A stretch of DNA of 63,740 nt, counting the filler, from Chrysochromulina tobinii (taxonomy: Eukaryota): assembly GCA_001275005.1 (NCBI GenBank). It is 6 parts of 6 records of this genome, joined end to end, with 100 filler letters (N's around TTAATTAATTAA, not from the genome) between each part and the next. Parts side by side here need not be neighbours in the genome. Positions count along the whole stretch, not along the records: positions 18,444 to 33,445 come from JWZX01000518.1; positions 33,546 to 44,327 come from JWZX01000520.1; 4 more parts are not named here. The stretch is one strand, 5' to 3'. The position numbers and the translations under genes are program-made. Positions 24,101 through 34,839 of this stretch are shown here, piece by piece (within the stretch, counting starts at the first letter, position 1; every line of letters starts with the position of its first letter). The notes beneath the pieces were generated by a model. That model searched no databases and was not told the DNA's origin. It was given only the letters and a program-made list of their open reading frames with translations.

Positions 24101-24353
24101 GATTCTTCTCGAGGCCGCCAAAAAGGACTTCGAGGAGCGCTACGGCAAGGCCGACGTACCCAAACGGAGCGCGGCTGCTGGGCTGCTCACCGGCGCGGCC
24201 AAGGGCGCCGTCTCGGGCGCGCCGAAGCCGCCGGACCAAAAGGAGGGCGACTGGCAGGACGTCGATGCTGCTGCTGCTGCTGCTTCTGGCGTGCAGCCCG
24301 CCGCCGCCGCCGCCGCGCCCGATGGCGGCGCCGCACCGGCCGCGCCCACGTAA
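21117..24353 (+). CDS. Flagellar-type protein: IQ motif + SHIPPO/ODF3 PGPG repeats + calflagin-like EF-hand; 6 exons
   Basis: Exons 21117-22132, 22211-22326, 22402-22557, 22845-23353, 23576-23953 and 24102-24353 splice in frame. IQ: ATKVQAAQRGKAARK. SHIPPO: AGPGSYDP...PAYSFG, EPGPGSHDP...PAFSFG, TPGPGRYDP...PAFKWG. Calflagin-like: WEGLSAKLPTGKD...RKELWHRSDPNQNGFLSLAEID...VERSQFRTLL. Confidence 0.8.
22133..22210 (+). other. Decamer-array intron 1 (GT-AG)
   Basis: (A)CTRATTGCC array; 22128-22140 matches 22206-22218 at 12/13; removal gives PGPGR|YDPTD. Confidence 0.88.
22327..22401 (+). other. Decamer-array intron 2 (GT-AG)
   Basis: Degenerate decamers, ends CTCATCAG; 22326-22350 matches 22401-22425 at 21/25. 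Confidence 0.85.
22558..22844 (+). other. Decamer-array intron 3 (GT-AG) containing repeated copies of the acceptor plus exon start
   Basis: TTGCCACTAA arrays; a 40-nt block at 22656-22695, 22737-22776 and 22838-22877, of which only the last copy continues into coding sequence. Confidence 0.85.
23354..23575 (+). other. Decamer-array intron 4 (GT-AG)
   Basis: About 20 units of CTGATGRCCT/CTAATGACCT; 23335-23354 matches 23557-23576 at 18/20. Confidence 0.92.
23954..24101 (+). other. Decamer-array intron 5 (GT-AG) with internal copy of the exon end plus donor
   Basis: 37-nt exact copy of 23927-23963 at 23999-24035; acceptor ctcggccag (24093-24101) equals 23945-23953. Confidence 0.9.
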
Positions 24354-24904
24354 ATCTCCCAAATCTCCCGCGGGAGCGCAGAGCAGTCGGCGCAGAGCCT
24401 GGCACACTGGGCGCCATGCTGGGCGCGGACGGAGCTCGGAGGCGGGTGACGTGGCGCATGGCGGCCCAAAATCGTCCACGTGTCAGCTCAGCTCTCCGAG
24501 GTGTCAGCTCACTGCTCAGCCTGTTGTCACATGTCAGTCTGGCTGTGGGACCGAAACGAATCTCGCCCCCAGGACATGAAGCGCTCGGGCCCGCGCTTGA
24601 GTGAGAACAAGTTCAAGTGAGGAACGAGATGAATCTGAGACGCGACGGGGGACTCGTCGGCCCGCGCGAACTTTCGTTTGGTTTTTGTTTCATCTGAAAA
24701 TAGTACACAGCGGCGCGCGGTACACGTCCTCGGCGGCACGCGGCATGTGGCGCCGAGTTAGTGCCGAGCTCGACCCGCGACCGGACGGGACCTTCGCGAC
24801 GAACCGCAACCCCCGGCGGGAGCCTCGAGGGGAGCCGCGGGGCCACAACCCGGGTCGTCGCTTCCGAATCCGATCTCCGATGGGATCTCCGAATCCGTGT
24901 TTCG

Positions 24905-27267
24905 TCACACCGGGCAGAGCGCGGGCAGCGGCTCGGGTGGCTCAAAGTGCGCGCACCAGAACTCTTCGCCCCCCTCCTTCCTCCAGCCGCGCCGGATGGT
25001 GTCGGCATCGAGCCATCCTTTGAGCTCGCTCAGGCACGGCTGGTAGCACTTGGCGCACCACGACGGCGGCTTGAGCAGCGCGGGGATCAGCTGCGCCAGC
25101 CGGCGCGCGCCATCAGCCTCGAACGTCTCCGCGCCACCGAGACCACACAGCAGCGCGCGTGTGTGCTCGAGGCGCAACACGCGCGCGCTCGCGTACGGCG
25201 CCAGCGCGCGGCGCACGGCGACCGCCGATTGACCGAGTGGCAGGCGCAGCGCAGCACGGCCGGACGGCTGGCCGCCGCCCTCGGTCGCGGCCGGAGCGTC
25301 GTCCTGAGCGCCGCCCTCGGTCGCGCCGCCCTTGGTCGCGCCGCCGCCGTCGGCGCCCACAGCAATCTCGCCAGCAATCTCGGCCACAGCAATCTCGACG
25401 ATCTCGCCAGTGCCCTCGAGTGGCTTCAGGAAGAGGTGGTCCTTGTATGGGAAGCGCTTCTCGTTCCACTCGAACGGCGAGAGGACGTGGTCCATCGGGC
25501 AGACAAAGGGCACGTACTGGCCGTCCTGGGCGCCAGGGTACATGCAGCCAAAGTGGAAGATGTCATCGGAGCCCGACCAGAGACGATCACAGTAGCATGC
25601 CCAACGCGGCAGCACGAGCGTCCTATTGAGCACGAGAGCGAGCGCCAGGGCGTCGCGCAGCTCGGCGACGTACGCGCGCAGGGCAAGCACGTGGACGCCG
25701 ATGTTGGCGGCACTCTGCCCCTTGGCCTCAAAACCAGCCACTGCTGCCCGCACCGCCGGTGGCAGTTGATGATGGGCGCCGCCGCCCTTGCCGCCGCCGC
25801 CGCTGCTGCTGCTGCTGCTGCTGCCGGCTGGTAGTCCGACAGCGAGGTACCTTGCATCGGCAGGCTCAGGTGGGTCAGATCTCCACAGGCCCGCCTCGCG
25901 AAACCGTTGAGCCTTGGCGAGCTCGTCGTGGTGGTCGAGGCTGTAGGTGGCATGCACGGCAAAGGGCGCGGGCAGCGCCGCCGCACGAGGCGCGAGGGCG
26001 GCAGACTGCGCCATCGGGGGAGCCACCGGAGCAAGCATTCACAGTCACAGGCACATTCACAGACTGCGCCATCGGCGGAGCCACCGGCGGCTCTCTCAGT
26101 GGCACTCGATGGCACTTGTGGAGGCACTCAGGTACGGGCACTCCCGCCGGCACAGCTGAGGCGCACCTGCACAAAGTATCCATGGCCGTGGAGGAACAAT
26201 GCAAGTGGGAGAGCTCCTAGCGTCACGTTAGCTTTGGGCGAGTACACCGTGCGCCCGCCGCCATGTGGCACCTTCAGCCCGGGATAGAACTTCTCATCAC
26301 GCACCATCCGGTTGAACACCTGCTGGTCCGACGTACAGCAACGGCCAGGGTTGCAGTCGCCCGGCCTTCCAGCAGGGCATGCACGCTCCACTACGCTCGC
26401 GTGCCACGCACGCGCAAAGCGCTTGCCCGCGGCGGTCGCGCGGATGAGCAGCAGCCCCGTGTTGAAGGTGCCGCCCGCCGTGTATCCCACCCCATTCGCA
26501 GCCTCCTCGCGAGGCGACATGTTGTCGGTGGAGACGGCCACGTCGGCGGCTTTGAGGGACGCGCACGAGAAGGCGCCACGGGGCCAGCGAGAGGTGGCGG
26601 CGGCGGAGGAGGTGGTGGTCGTCGTGGCGCCCGCGTCCGCGTCCGCGTCCTCGTGCGCGCATGCCAGATACGGCATCGGGCTGCGCAGCCATGCCACATC
26701 CACGTCCGTGTGGAGCACGTCGAAGCCCAGAGCCACCACCCGCGCCACCTCACCCGAACGCATCTGCGCAAAGCTCATCCAACTGCCCGAGGCGTGCGCA
26801 TTCGAGCCGTCGAGCGCGTAGCCAGCCTGCTTGGACAGCGGCGTCTCGTACACCGCCACGCTCTGCCTCGCGAGAAGGGTGAACACGGCGCGATCCACAG
26901 CGCCAACCACAAACGGGATGTCGGCAGCACGCGCGTGCGCCACGAAGTTGATCAGCATCTGGCGAACGCCCGAGTTGCCAAACGTCAGCATCACAAGCCC
27001 GCGGCCCGCGGGCACTGCGAGCGCCAGCGCGTCGCTCAGTTCCCCTGAGAGGAGAGGTTGTGGCGGCGGCGGCGGCGGCACGAGCACCTCGGGCTCGACT
27101 GCGCCTCGTGCCCCTGTGACGGCGATGGGCTGCCGGCGCTGCCCCGCTGGCTGCAGTGCTGAGGACAGCTCCAGCACCGGTGCATGCAGCAGCAGTGCGC
27201 GGCGAAGAGCTGTGACCATCAAGACGGCGATGCCGAACATAGCCACGTGCGTGATGCCGCACTTCAT
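24905..27267 (-). CDS. GT77 nucleotide-diphospho-sugar transferase, XEG113/RRA arabinosyltransferase-like; 2 exons
   Basis: TM anchor; LGFDVLHTDVDVAWLRSP (DxD), FNTGLLLIR, DQQVFN, HGHGYFVQ|...PFAVHATY...KAQRFREAGLW, LRDALALALVLNRTLVLP...CYCDRLW...PFVCPMDHV. Intron 26006-26166 (GT-AG). Confidence 0.85.
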
Positions 27268-27728
27268 ACGAACCACGGCCCGCACAAAGTGTGAATTTGC
27301 TGTTAACACTCGGATTCCCCCGCCCCGAACCGTGTTAAGAACATATGCGAAATGAACAGTGGGACGCCTGTTGTGTCCCTGGTGGTGGATGAAAGGCCTT
27401 CTCGCTTCTCTGTAGGCTCCGGATCGCACCCGACCGGGCACACCGATCACTCATCACTGACCGATCACACGACCGTCGGGGAGGCGCACGCATGCATGTG
27501 ACAGCATCGATCATGCTCTGTTCCTTTTACTATTCATAAGGGGCTTGCGTGCCAACCGGGACTCGGTCCGTTGAAAGCCGTACACACTGGGGCCGCACAT
27601 AGGCCGCACATCTACAGTCCACGTACGCCGGGCGGCACGGCCGCGCAACTACAGTCAGTACGGGATGCCGCCGGCACAAAGATAACTATGGTAGAACTAT
27701 TCGTAGAAACCGGCGCGCCAACCTGTGC

Positions 27729-27768
27729 TTACCTCGAGCGCATGCCCGGGCGCTGCGACTCGCGTGCA

Positions 27769-27812
<44 letters not shown>

Positions 27813-28535
27813 GTCGGGCGAGCCCTGTGCCGCCGCCGTCTTTTGCTGCTTGGGCTGCTTCGGGCCGCCGGCGGCCTTGGCCTTGCTGCCCGCATCGGCC
27901 TTGCGCTTCATCGGCTTGGACTTGGGCTCGGGCGGTTCGGGCTTGGGCTGGAACTCCTCGACGAAGAACTGCATCGCCTCGGGGCGATGGTGCTGCCGCA
28001 TCGACGTGACCACGTCTTGGAATTGGAGCGTCTTGCGCCCGGAGCGTGCGGTGACGCGCGCCGACTCCCACACGCAACGCTCGAGGAAGAACTCGACGGC
28101 CTTGGTGATGGCGAAGACGGACTCGCGGCTGTACAGATGACTGTTTTTGCTCTCCTGGCCGAGAGAGATGATCCTCTTGATTCTAGACAGGGGCAGCTGC
28201 GCCTTGTCCGGCTTGCTCTCGTCGTTGCCCTCCTCGTCCTTGCCCTCGCCGTCCTCATTGTCATCGTCGTTCTCGTCCTCGCCCTCCTCCTCATCGCCGC
28301 CCTCGGCCAGCCGTTGCACCTCGCGCTGATTGCACTCCTCCAGGTAGGCCGAGCAGGCTTGCGCAGCCTTCTCCTCGTACGGCTTGCGGTCGGCCTCGGA
28401 GAGGTTGCGCCAGTACTCGATGATCTCATTGGTGCTCACGCGCTGCCGGCCCAGCTCGCGCAGCTCGGCAGTCTTGGCGTCGCTGAAGATGTAGAAGGGG
28501 GTGAGCCGCCCACTCGGCGGCACGCTGCATGACAT
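27729..28535 (-). CDS. HMG-box fused to NF-YC/DPB3(POLE4)/CHRAC-type histone-fold domain
   Basis: HMG: LTPFYIFS...IIEYWRNLSEADRKPYEEKA. Acidic linker. Histone fold: QLPLSRIKRII...SRESVFAITKAVEFFLE...RKTLQFQDV...FF. Confidence 0.82.
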
Positions 28536-28737
28536 TGCCAATCCGCCGCGTACGTCAGACGCTGACGTGAAGAGCGCGGGAGCGGCAAGTTGTAAACACT
28601 CATCACGTGAACGAGGGTGCCTCGGCCGCGCGTTAGCTTTTGTGCGTGCGTAGTCTGTTTGCCGAGCGCTGTCGTGGCAGCTCGATCGCAGCGCGCAGCC
28701 TGCCTGCCGACTTTTCTTGTGCCTCTTGTATCACCAC

Positions 28738-30222
28738 ATGAGTGACACGAAGCGCACCCTGGACAAGGCCGGGGAGGCGGAGCCGGAGTCGAAACGCCCG
28801 GCGCTCGAAGGCGAGGCCATGCCCGCCTCCGCCGCAGGCACTTTGGCGCCAGCTGCTACGCCAGCAGCCGCGCCCGCCCCTGCCGCCTGCTCGTGGGGCG
28901 GGGCATCAGCTGCTTGCTCAAGCTCGTGCTCGTCGACGGGCGGCTTCGGCAGTGTCAGCGGTGGCAGCTTCGGCAGTGCCAGCAGCGGTGGCTTCGGTAG
29001 TGTGACCGGGAGCGGCTTTGGCAGCTTTGGCGCCGGAGGCGCAGGCGGCTTTGGCGCAGTGGCCGCCGCCGCCGCCGCCTCGACGTCCGGCTTTGGCGCC
29101 GCATCATCAGCGCCGAGTGCGGCGGCAGGCACGAGCGGCAGCGGCGGCAGCAGCTTCGGCTCCTTCGGCGGCCCGCGCGAGCCGGCGCCGAGGACCACGT
29201 TCGCCGCCGCGAGCCCGCATGGCGCACGCAGTGGCGGCGGAGGCGCCTCGTCCGCGTCGAATCGGCTCACCGAGACGCCAACGGAGGCGCCGGTGCTGGT
29301 GCCGGAGCCGGTGACGACGGGCGAGGAGGACGAGATCTGCGTCTACCGCGTGCGAGCCAAGCTCTTCAGGCTCGAGCTTCGTCTGGAACCGGCGCCAAAG
29401 AACTGTCCGGCGTCCGCCCTTCGAGCTGCCGCTGATCTCGACCCGGCCGACGAGTCCGCTGGCAGTCCGGCCAACGCCCCCTCGCCGGCTGCCGAGGGCG
29501 CCGCGCCCGCACCGAGCGCTCAGTACGGCGCGAACGGGAGCGCTGGCACGGCTGCGGACGCGGGTGCGGGTGCGGCGCCCGTGACGGCGCCCTTGGCTCC
29601 GGACGGGGCGGCGGTGGGGGCTCCCGTGACGGCGCTGCCGGTGAGCAGCAGCAGCAGCACTCTCAACCCGCACGCGGCGCCCTTTGTGCCCTCCGCCGCC
29701 GGAGCAACCTCAGCGGCGATCGTCAAGGGCACGATGAGCGCGGGGGCGGCCGGTAGAGGTGATGACGAGGGCAATCACGACGACGACGACGAAGACGACG
29801 ACGACGATGATGATGATGATGACGCAGCGGGCGGCGGCGACGACGGCGCGTCGGCGACGACGAAGGCGACCGAGGCCAACGAAGGCCCACTCGTCGAGGT
29901 GGCTCGATGGGCCGAGAGAGGAGTGGGCAGCTTGCGGCTGCTCAAGCACAAGCCACTTCCGAGGGGGGATGAACGGCAACTCCCCTACCCGCGCCTGGTG
30001 ATGCGTGTCGAGCAAACCATGCGACTCATCCTCAACGAGCATCTGCTGCCCTTGATGGCGCCGGCCGAGCGTGTTTCCGACTGCTCCATCCGCCTCGTGC
30101 TCCTCTCCGCCGCCACGGGCCCCCAGAGCTATCTGTTGCGAGTCAAGAGCGCCTCCGAGGCGACCGAGCTGCTGACCAAGGTCAACGCGACGATCCCGAA
30201 ACCGCCCGACGCGACCGCCTGA
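28738..30222 (+). CDS. FG-repeat plus Ran-binding domain protein (Nup50/Nup2-like nucleoporin)
   Basis: Multiple GGFGS/SFGS repeats; RanBD motifs TTGEEDE...RAKLFRL, WAERGVGSLRLLK, RLVMRVEQTMRLILN and YLLRVKS. Confidence 0.8.
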   Translation: MSDTKRTLDKAGEAEPESKRPALEGEAMPASAAGTLAPAATPAAAPAPAACSWGGASAACSSSCSSTGGFGSVSGGSFGSASSGGFGSVTGSGFGSFGAGGAGGFGAVAAAAAASTSGFGAASSAPSAAAGTSGSGGSSFGSFGGPREPAPRTTFAAASPHGARSGGGGASSASNRLTETPTEAPVLVPEPVTTGEEDEICVYRVRAKLFRLELRLEPAPKNCPASALRAAADLDPADESAGSPANAPSPAAEGAAPAPSAQYGANGSAGTAADAGAGAAPVTAPLAPDGAAVGAPVTALPVSSSSSTLNPHAAPFVPSAAGATSAAIVKGTMSAGAAGRGDDEGNHDDDDEDDDDDDDDDDAAGGGDDGASATTKATEANEGPLVEVARWAERGVGSLRLLKHKPLPRGDERQLPYPRLVMRVEQTMRLILNEHLLPLMAPAERVSDCSIRLVLLSAATGPQSYLLRVKSASEATELLTKVNATIPKPPDATA

Positions 30223-30987
30223 GCCGCCCGACGCGACGCGGCTACCGCCTGTGGGGCCGCCCGACACGACGCGGCGTCCGCCCTATCCGCCCGACACGAC
30301 GCGTTCACGCCTGCGGAGCCGGAGGAAGCGGATCGGGTGGCAGGGCGGCAGCAAGGGGGCAGCAAAGGCTGCGCGCCACGAGGCGGCGCGAGGGCGGCGG
30401 CGGCGGGCCACGAGCCTCGAAGCGCCGCCGGTAGTGGCGGCGGCGCTGGTGGGGCGACGGCCAGAACGGCGGCAGGTGACTCTCGTCCTTCTCGTCGATG
30501 CGAGCATGTTTGGTGGCAGGCGGGGTGTCGGGCGAAGAGTGTGGCGAGTGCGAGATGAGCGCGCCTACGCGGTGCAATCTTGTGAGACCCGGGGATCATG
30601 CGCCCCGCAATATGCTGAAGTGTGACCGTGCCCACATCGGGCCGTGCGGGGGCGGGCGCGCTCTCGCCTCCCGTAGCAGTTTGGGATGTGCGCGCTGTAA
30701 GACTCGGCGTACGTGCATGTTGGTGCGCATAATGGGGGTTTGAGTACCCGGACCAGCAAGAAACTATTTGAGTCCGACTCGGCGGCGACATGCATGTGAG
30801 CCATGTGTCTCAAAAGGTGAGCCACAGTCCGTCTCGCACGCAGCAAACACGAGCGTACACAGATCCCGCGCGCGGGTGGGCATAGAAAACACGAGCTCAC
30901 GCAGAAACGCCGTCACGCGCGTGTGGGCATAGACCTCCTACCTCCTCGCCTATTAAGCATGCCCCTGGGTTGTGACTAGCCACGCGT

Positions 30988-31197
30988 TCACTTGGGCATC
31001 GCAGTTGTCGGGTTGCTCTTCCTAAAGTTCTCGGCCTGCTGCTCCATGGCCTCGAGCCTCTCGAGGGACACCGACTTGATGGGCATGATCTTGGGCTTGC
31101 ACAGCACCTCGCTCAGGTTGCCCTTCTCCGAGTACACGAGCCCTGCCTTGGGCAACACCTCCAGCAGCGTCGGCCTGTCGTCGGTCGCGCCGCTCAT
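30988..31197 (-). CDS. BBIP1: BBSome-interacting protein 1 (BBIP10/BBS18)
   Basis: EVLPKAGLVYSEKGNLSEVLCKPKIMPIKSVSLERLEAMEQQA matches the BBIP1 signature EVLPK.G....E.....VLCKPK..P.KS..LE.LE.M. Confidence 0.9.
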   Translation of the reverse strand: MSGATDDRPTLLEVLPKAGLVYSEKGNLSEVLCKPKIMPIKSVSLERLEAMEQQAENFRKSNPTTAMPK

Positions 31198-31942
31198 TGG
31201 GAACAACGCTCGCAACGGCGCTTCGGATAAGAAAAGCGCATCATATGGCGCATCTACTTTGTCTGGCCCAGCGTATTCCGTATATCTAACTATGCTCGAT
31301 CTTGCTCTCGGCCACTCTCGGTTTCGTATTCGATGATTGTTACTTCAAACGGGAAACGCGACAAAACGCGACAAAACGCGATCCGCATACGTTACCGCAC
31401 CTGGACTAACCTGGACCGGCACCTCCGACGGTCCGACCGCATCCTAGCTTCAAGCTTGGTGCTTGCCGGGGGAGCTTGTGCTCGTGCCCGACCGAACGGT
31501 CAACGGACATCGTCGATCGTGGCTCCCGTCCGTCGGGGTCGGCCGCGCGGCGCCCGACTTGCATATAGAAGCCCAACACTGCAATGTGCGCTCACCGCAT
31601 ACAACGCGACCGTGGACGACCGCGCCACCGCCAGCACGTCACGCGCATCGCCCAACATGGCCTCACACACATACACACCTCCGGCTAGACTCTGCTCTCC
31701 CCGTCCCCCCGATGCCGTCTTGGCGTCGGTGGAGGATGCCCGAAAAATGCCGACCCGCGCCAACCGCAAAGCGCGATTCTCGCCCACAAGGCCCAATCCG
31801 CACTTCCGCCCATGCAGCCTCTCGCCCTCAATCACTCTGCAGACCGGAGATGGTGCCCAGTACTCAGTACAGTTTGCACGGCTCGTTGCGACGCACAGCG
31901 GGGTCACCGCTCCCCTGATGCCTTCATGCGTCACGTCGCCGC

Positions 31943-32149
31943 CATGCGCCCTCCACAGGGCAAATCGATTGCATGCGCCCTCCACAGGGCAAACCGATTG
32001 CATGCGCCCTCCACAGGGCAATCCGATTGCATGCGCCCTCCACAGGGCAATCCGATTGCATGCGCCCTCCACAGGGCAAACCGATTGCATGCGCCCTCCA
32101 CAGGGCAGACCGATTGCATGCGCCTCTCCACAGGGCAAACACCGATTGT
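31943..32149. repeat. 29-bp minisatellite, about 7 copies
   Basis: catgcgccctccacagggcaaaccgattg units at 31943, 31972, 32001, 32030, 32059, 32088 and a degenerate unit at 32117. Confidence 0.95.
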
Positions 32150-32235
32150 GCACGCCATGCCATGCCACGCCATGCACCACGCCCACCGCGCCGCCCGCGC
32201 GCCCGCAGAAAATGCGCCCCGCTCTCTCAAGCCCT

Positions 32236-33445
32236 TCACGGGCGCGCACGCAGCCTCGCCAGCCTCGACTTGAGCGCCGCCACGTTGAGCGACGGGCTTG
32301 TCGTCCCCGCCACCCCTGCGGCCGGTGCCCCCTCGGCGACAGAAGCGCCCATCCCAGCGCCCATCCCTGCTTCAGCACTGCCCATCCCTGCTTCAGCACC
32401 GACCGGGGCGACGGCCGCTGTCGCAACGGCACCGGCGGCAGGGGCGGTGGCGGCGGCGGCGGCGCGAGCAGCGAGAGATCGTGCAGCTGCGCGAGCACGG
32501 AGGGCAGGCTGATGGTGCCGAGCTTGTCGACCTCTCGCGGCATGGCGAGCGCCTTGAGCAACTTGTGCATGCACTTGAGCAGCAGCCGCGCGAGCTGCCG
32601 ATCCGCCGGGCGGCGCGCCTGATGAGGGAGGCAATTGGAGGTCATCCGGCGCAATCACACTGATGAGGGAGGCCATTGGAGGTCATCCGGTGCGATCAGA
32701 GGCGATCAGAGGCGATCAGAGGCGATCCGAGGCCTTCCGAGGCCTTCCGAGGCCATCCGAGGCCATCCGAGGCCATCCGAGGCCATCCGAGGCCATCAGA
32801 GGCCATCAGTGGCCATCAGTGGCGCGCCTTGTCGAGCAGGCAGCACAGCAGCGCGGTCAGCGTGGCGGCGCGCGGTGTGAACTCAAGGAGCTTGAGCATC
32901 ATCAGGTTGATCGACTTGAGCAGCAAGTTGGTCTTCATCTCCTCGCCAAAGTCGTTGAGCCGCCGGTCGACGAGCCGATCGAGGAGCTGGAGCACGAGGA
33001 ATCGGATCTGGGGCTCATGCAGCTCGCGCATGAGGGGCTTGCACACGAAGAGGTGCATGACCATCAGGTTCGCGAGCCGCCGGATGACGGTGTTGTCGCT
33101 CGTGTCATTCAGGAGCCAATTCAGCCGCGTGCAGACCGCTGCGAAGAGGGCGGTCGCGTGGTTGTGCGGCTGGAGCAGCACCGTCGGGTCTGCCTCCACC
33201 TGCGCCTGCAGCGTCGCGATCGCCCCACGGACGGTTTCGCTCTCCGCGTCCGCATCCTCCAGCGCGCTGATCGCCTCAAGCACAGGCGCATCCGCACGCC
33301 CAAGCGCGCGCGCGAGGGCCACCGTCTTCTTGGGCACGGGGCTCGGGGTGAGCGACGCCCCCGCCGCTGCCGCCGCCGCCTGCGCGTCCTCGAGCAAGTC
33401 CATCGGGCGCTTGGTTGCGGACGAGCTCGTCGTCGTCGTCGACGC
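32236..33445 (-). CDS. XMAP215/ch-TOG/MOR1 microtubule polymerase, C-terminal part (5' truncated)
   Basis: LLDRLVDRRL...LLKSINLMMLKLLE...LTALL, then LARLLLKCMHKLLKAL...SVLAQLHD, and terminal NVAALKSRLARLR. GC-AG intron 32619-32827. Apparent frame break near 32450-32470. Confidence 0.7.
32619..32827 (-). other. Decamer-array intron with GC donor
   Basis: AAG|GCGCGCC...(GATGGCCTCK)n...CTCCCTCATCAG|GCGCGCC; 9-nt exact repeat at 32612-32620 and 32821-32829; joins LDK|ARRP in frame. Confidence 0.85.
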
Positions 33446-33545
33446 NNNNNNNNNNNNNNNNNNNNNNNNNNNNNNNNNNNNNNNNNNNNTTAATTAATTA
33501 ANNNNNNNNNNNNNNNNNNNNNNNNNNNNNNNNNNNNNNNNNNNN
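33446..33545. other. Artificial contig-joining spacer
   Basis: N44-TTAATTAATTAA-N44. Confidence 0.99.
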
Positions 33546-33868
33546 CGGCCGCCGGCAGCCCGGCACGCGGGCCGGCGGCCGGGCCCGGGGGCGCGCGGGC
33601 GCCTCCGCAGACGATTTGAATATCGAATATGGTGTACCCGTCGTCGGCGGGCTGCATAATATTTCAATTTAGTTAGGCTCGCCGTATTTCAGTCCCGAGT
33701 CCCATCGAATTGGGGGGGTGGGGTAAGTTGCACTCACATGTCACATGATACCTGAACGTAGAGCCGCGTGCGATCTACACGGGGACTCGCACGCAGTAAG
33801 ACGGGCGCGGCCCGGCTATGTCCTGTGGGAAAACATCTACACGCGGACGATGAAAAGCCTCGCCTCGT

Positions 33869-34527
<659 letters not shown>

Positions 34528-34839
34528 GGTTCACTGCGGATCACGAAATCGGAAGCGGCGAGCGTCAGGCGGCGAACAAGCGGCTGAGGGACGCGATCAG
34601 GCATGGCCAGACGACCCGGCTGGCCTGCAGCGGCACGGGAAGAGGGGCAGGACGCGGCAGGAAGCATTACACGCGAGGGACGAGGACAGAGAGGAGACGA
34701 GGTTGTGGGGAAACAATCAGCTTTCTCATTTTGATGAGAAAATGTAAAATGGAATGTTGAAGACGAAGAGGCGACCGGCGTGGTCGTGAGCCCGTGACTT
34801 GCATCGAACTTGTCGCGCACGTGATAGTTGATTTTTGCC

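Noticed and set aside
31943..32149. CRISPR array from the 29-bp repeats
   Set aside because: The units are head-to-tail with no unique spacers, so this is a minisatellite.
31333..32654. 429-aa and 384-aa ORFs spanning the minisatellite
   Set aside because: These are translations of the repeat. Only 32618 to ~32470 of the minus ORF is credible XMAP215 exon.
21117..33445. Flagellar/microtubule gene cluster (SHIPPO protein, BBIP1, XMAP215)
   Set aside because: Interspersed with unrelated genes; no evidence beyond chance in a flagellate genome.
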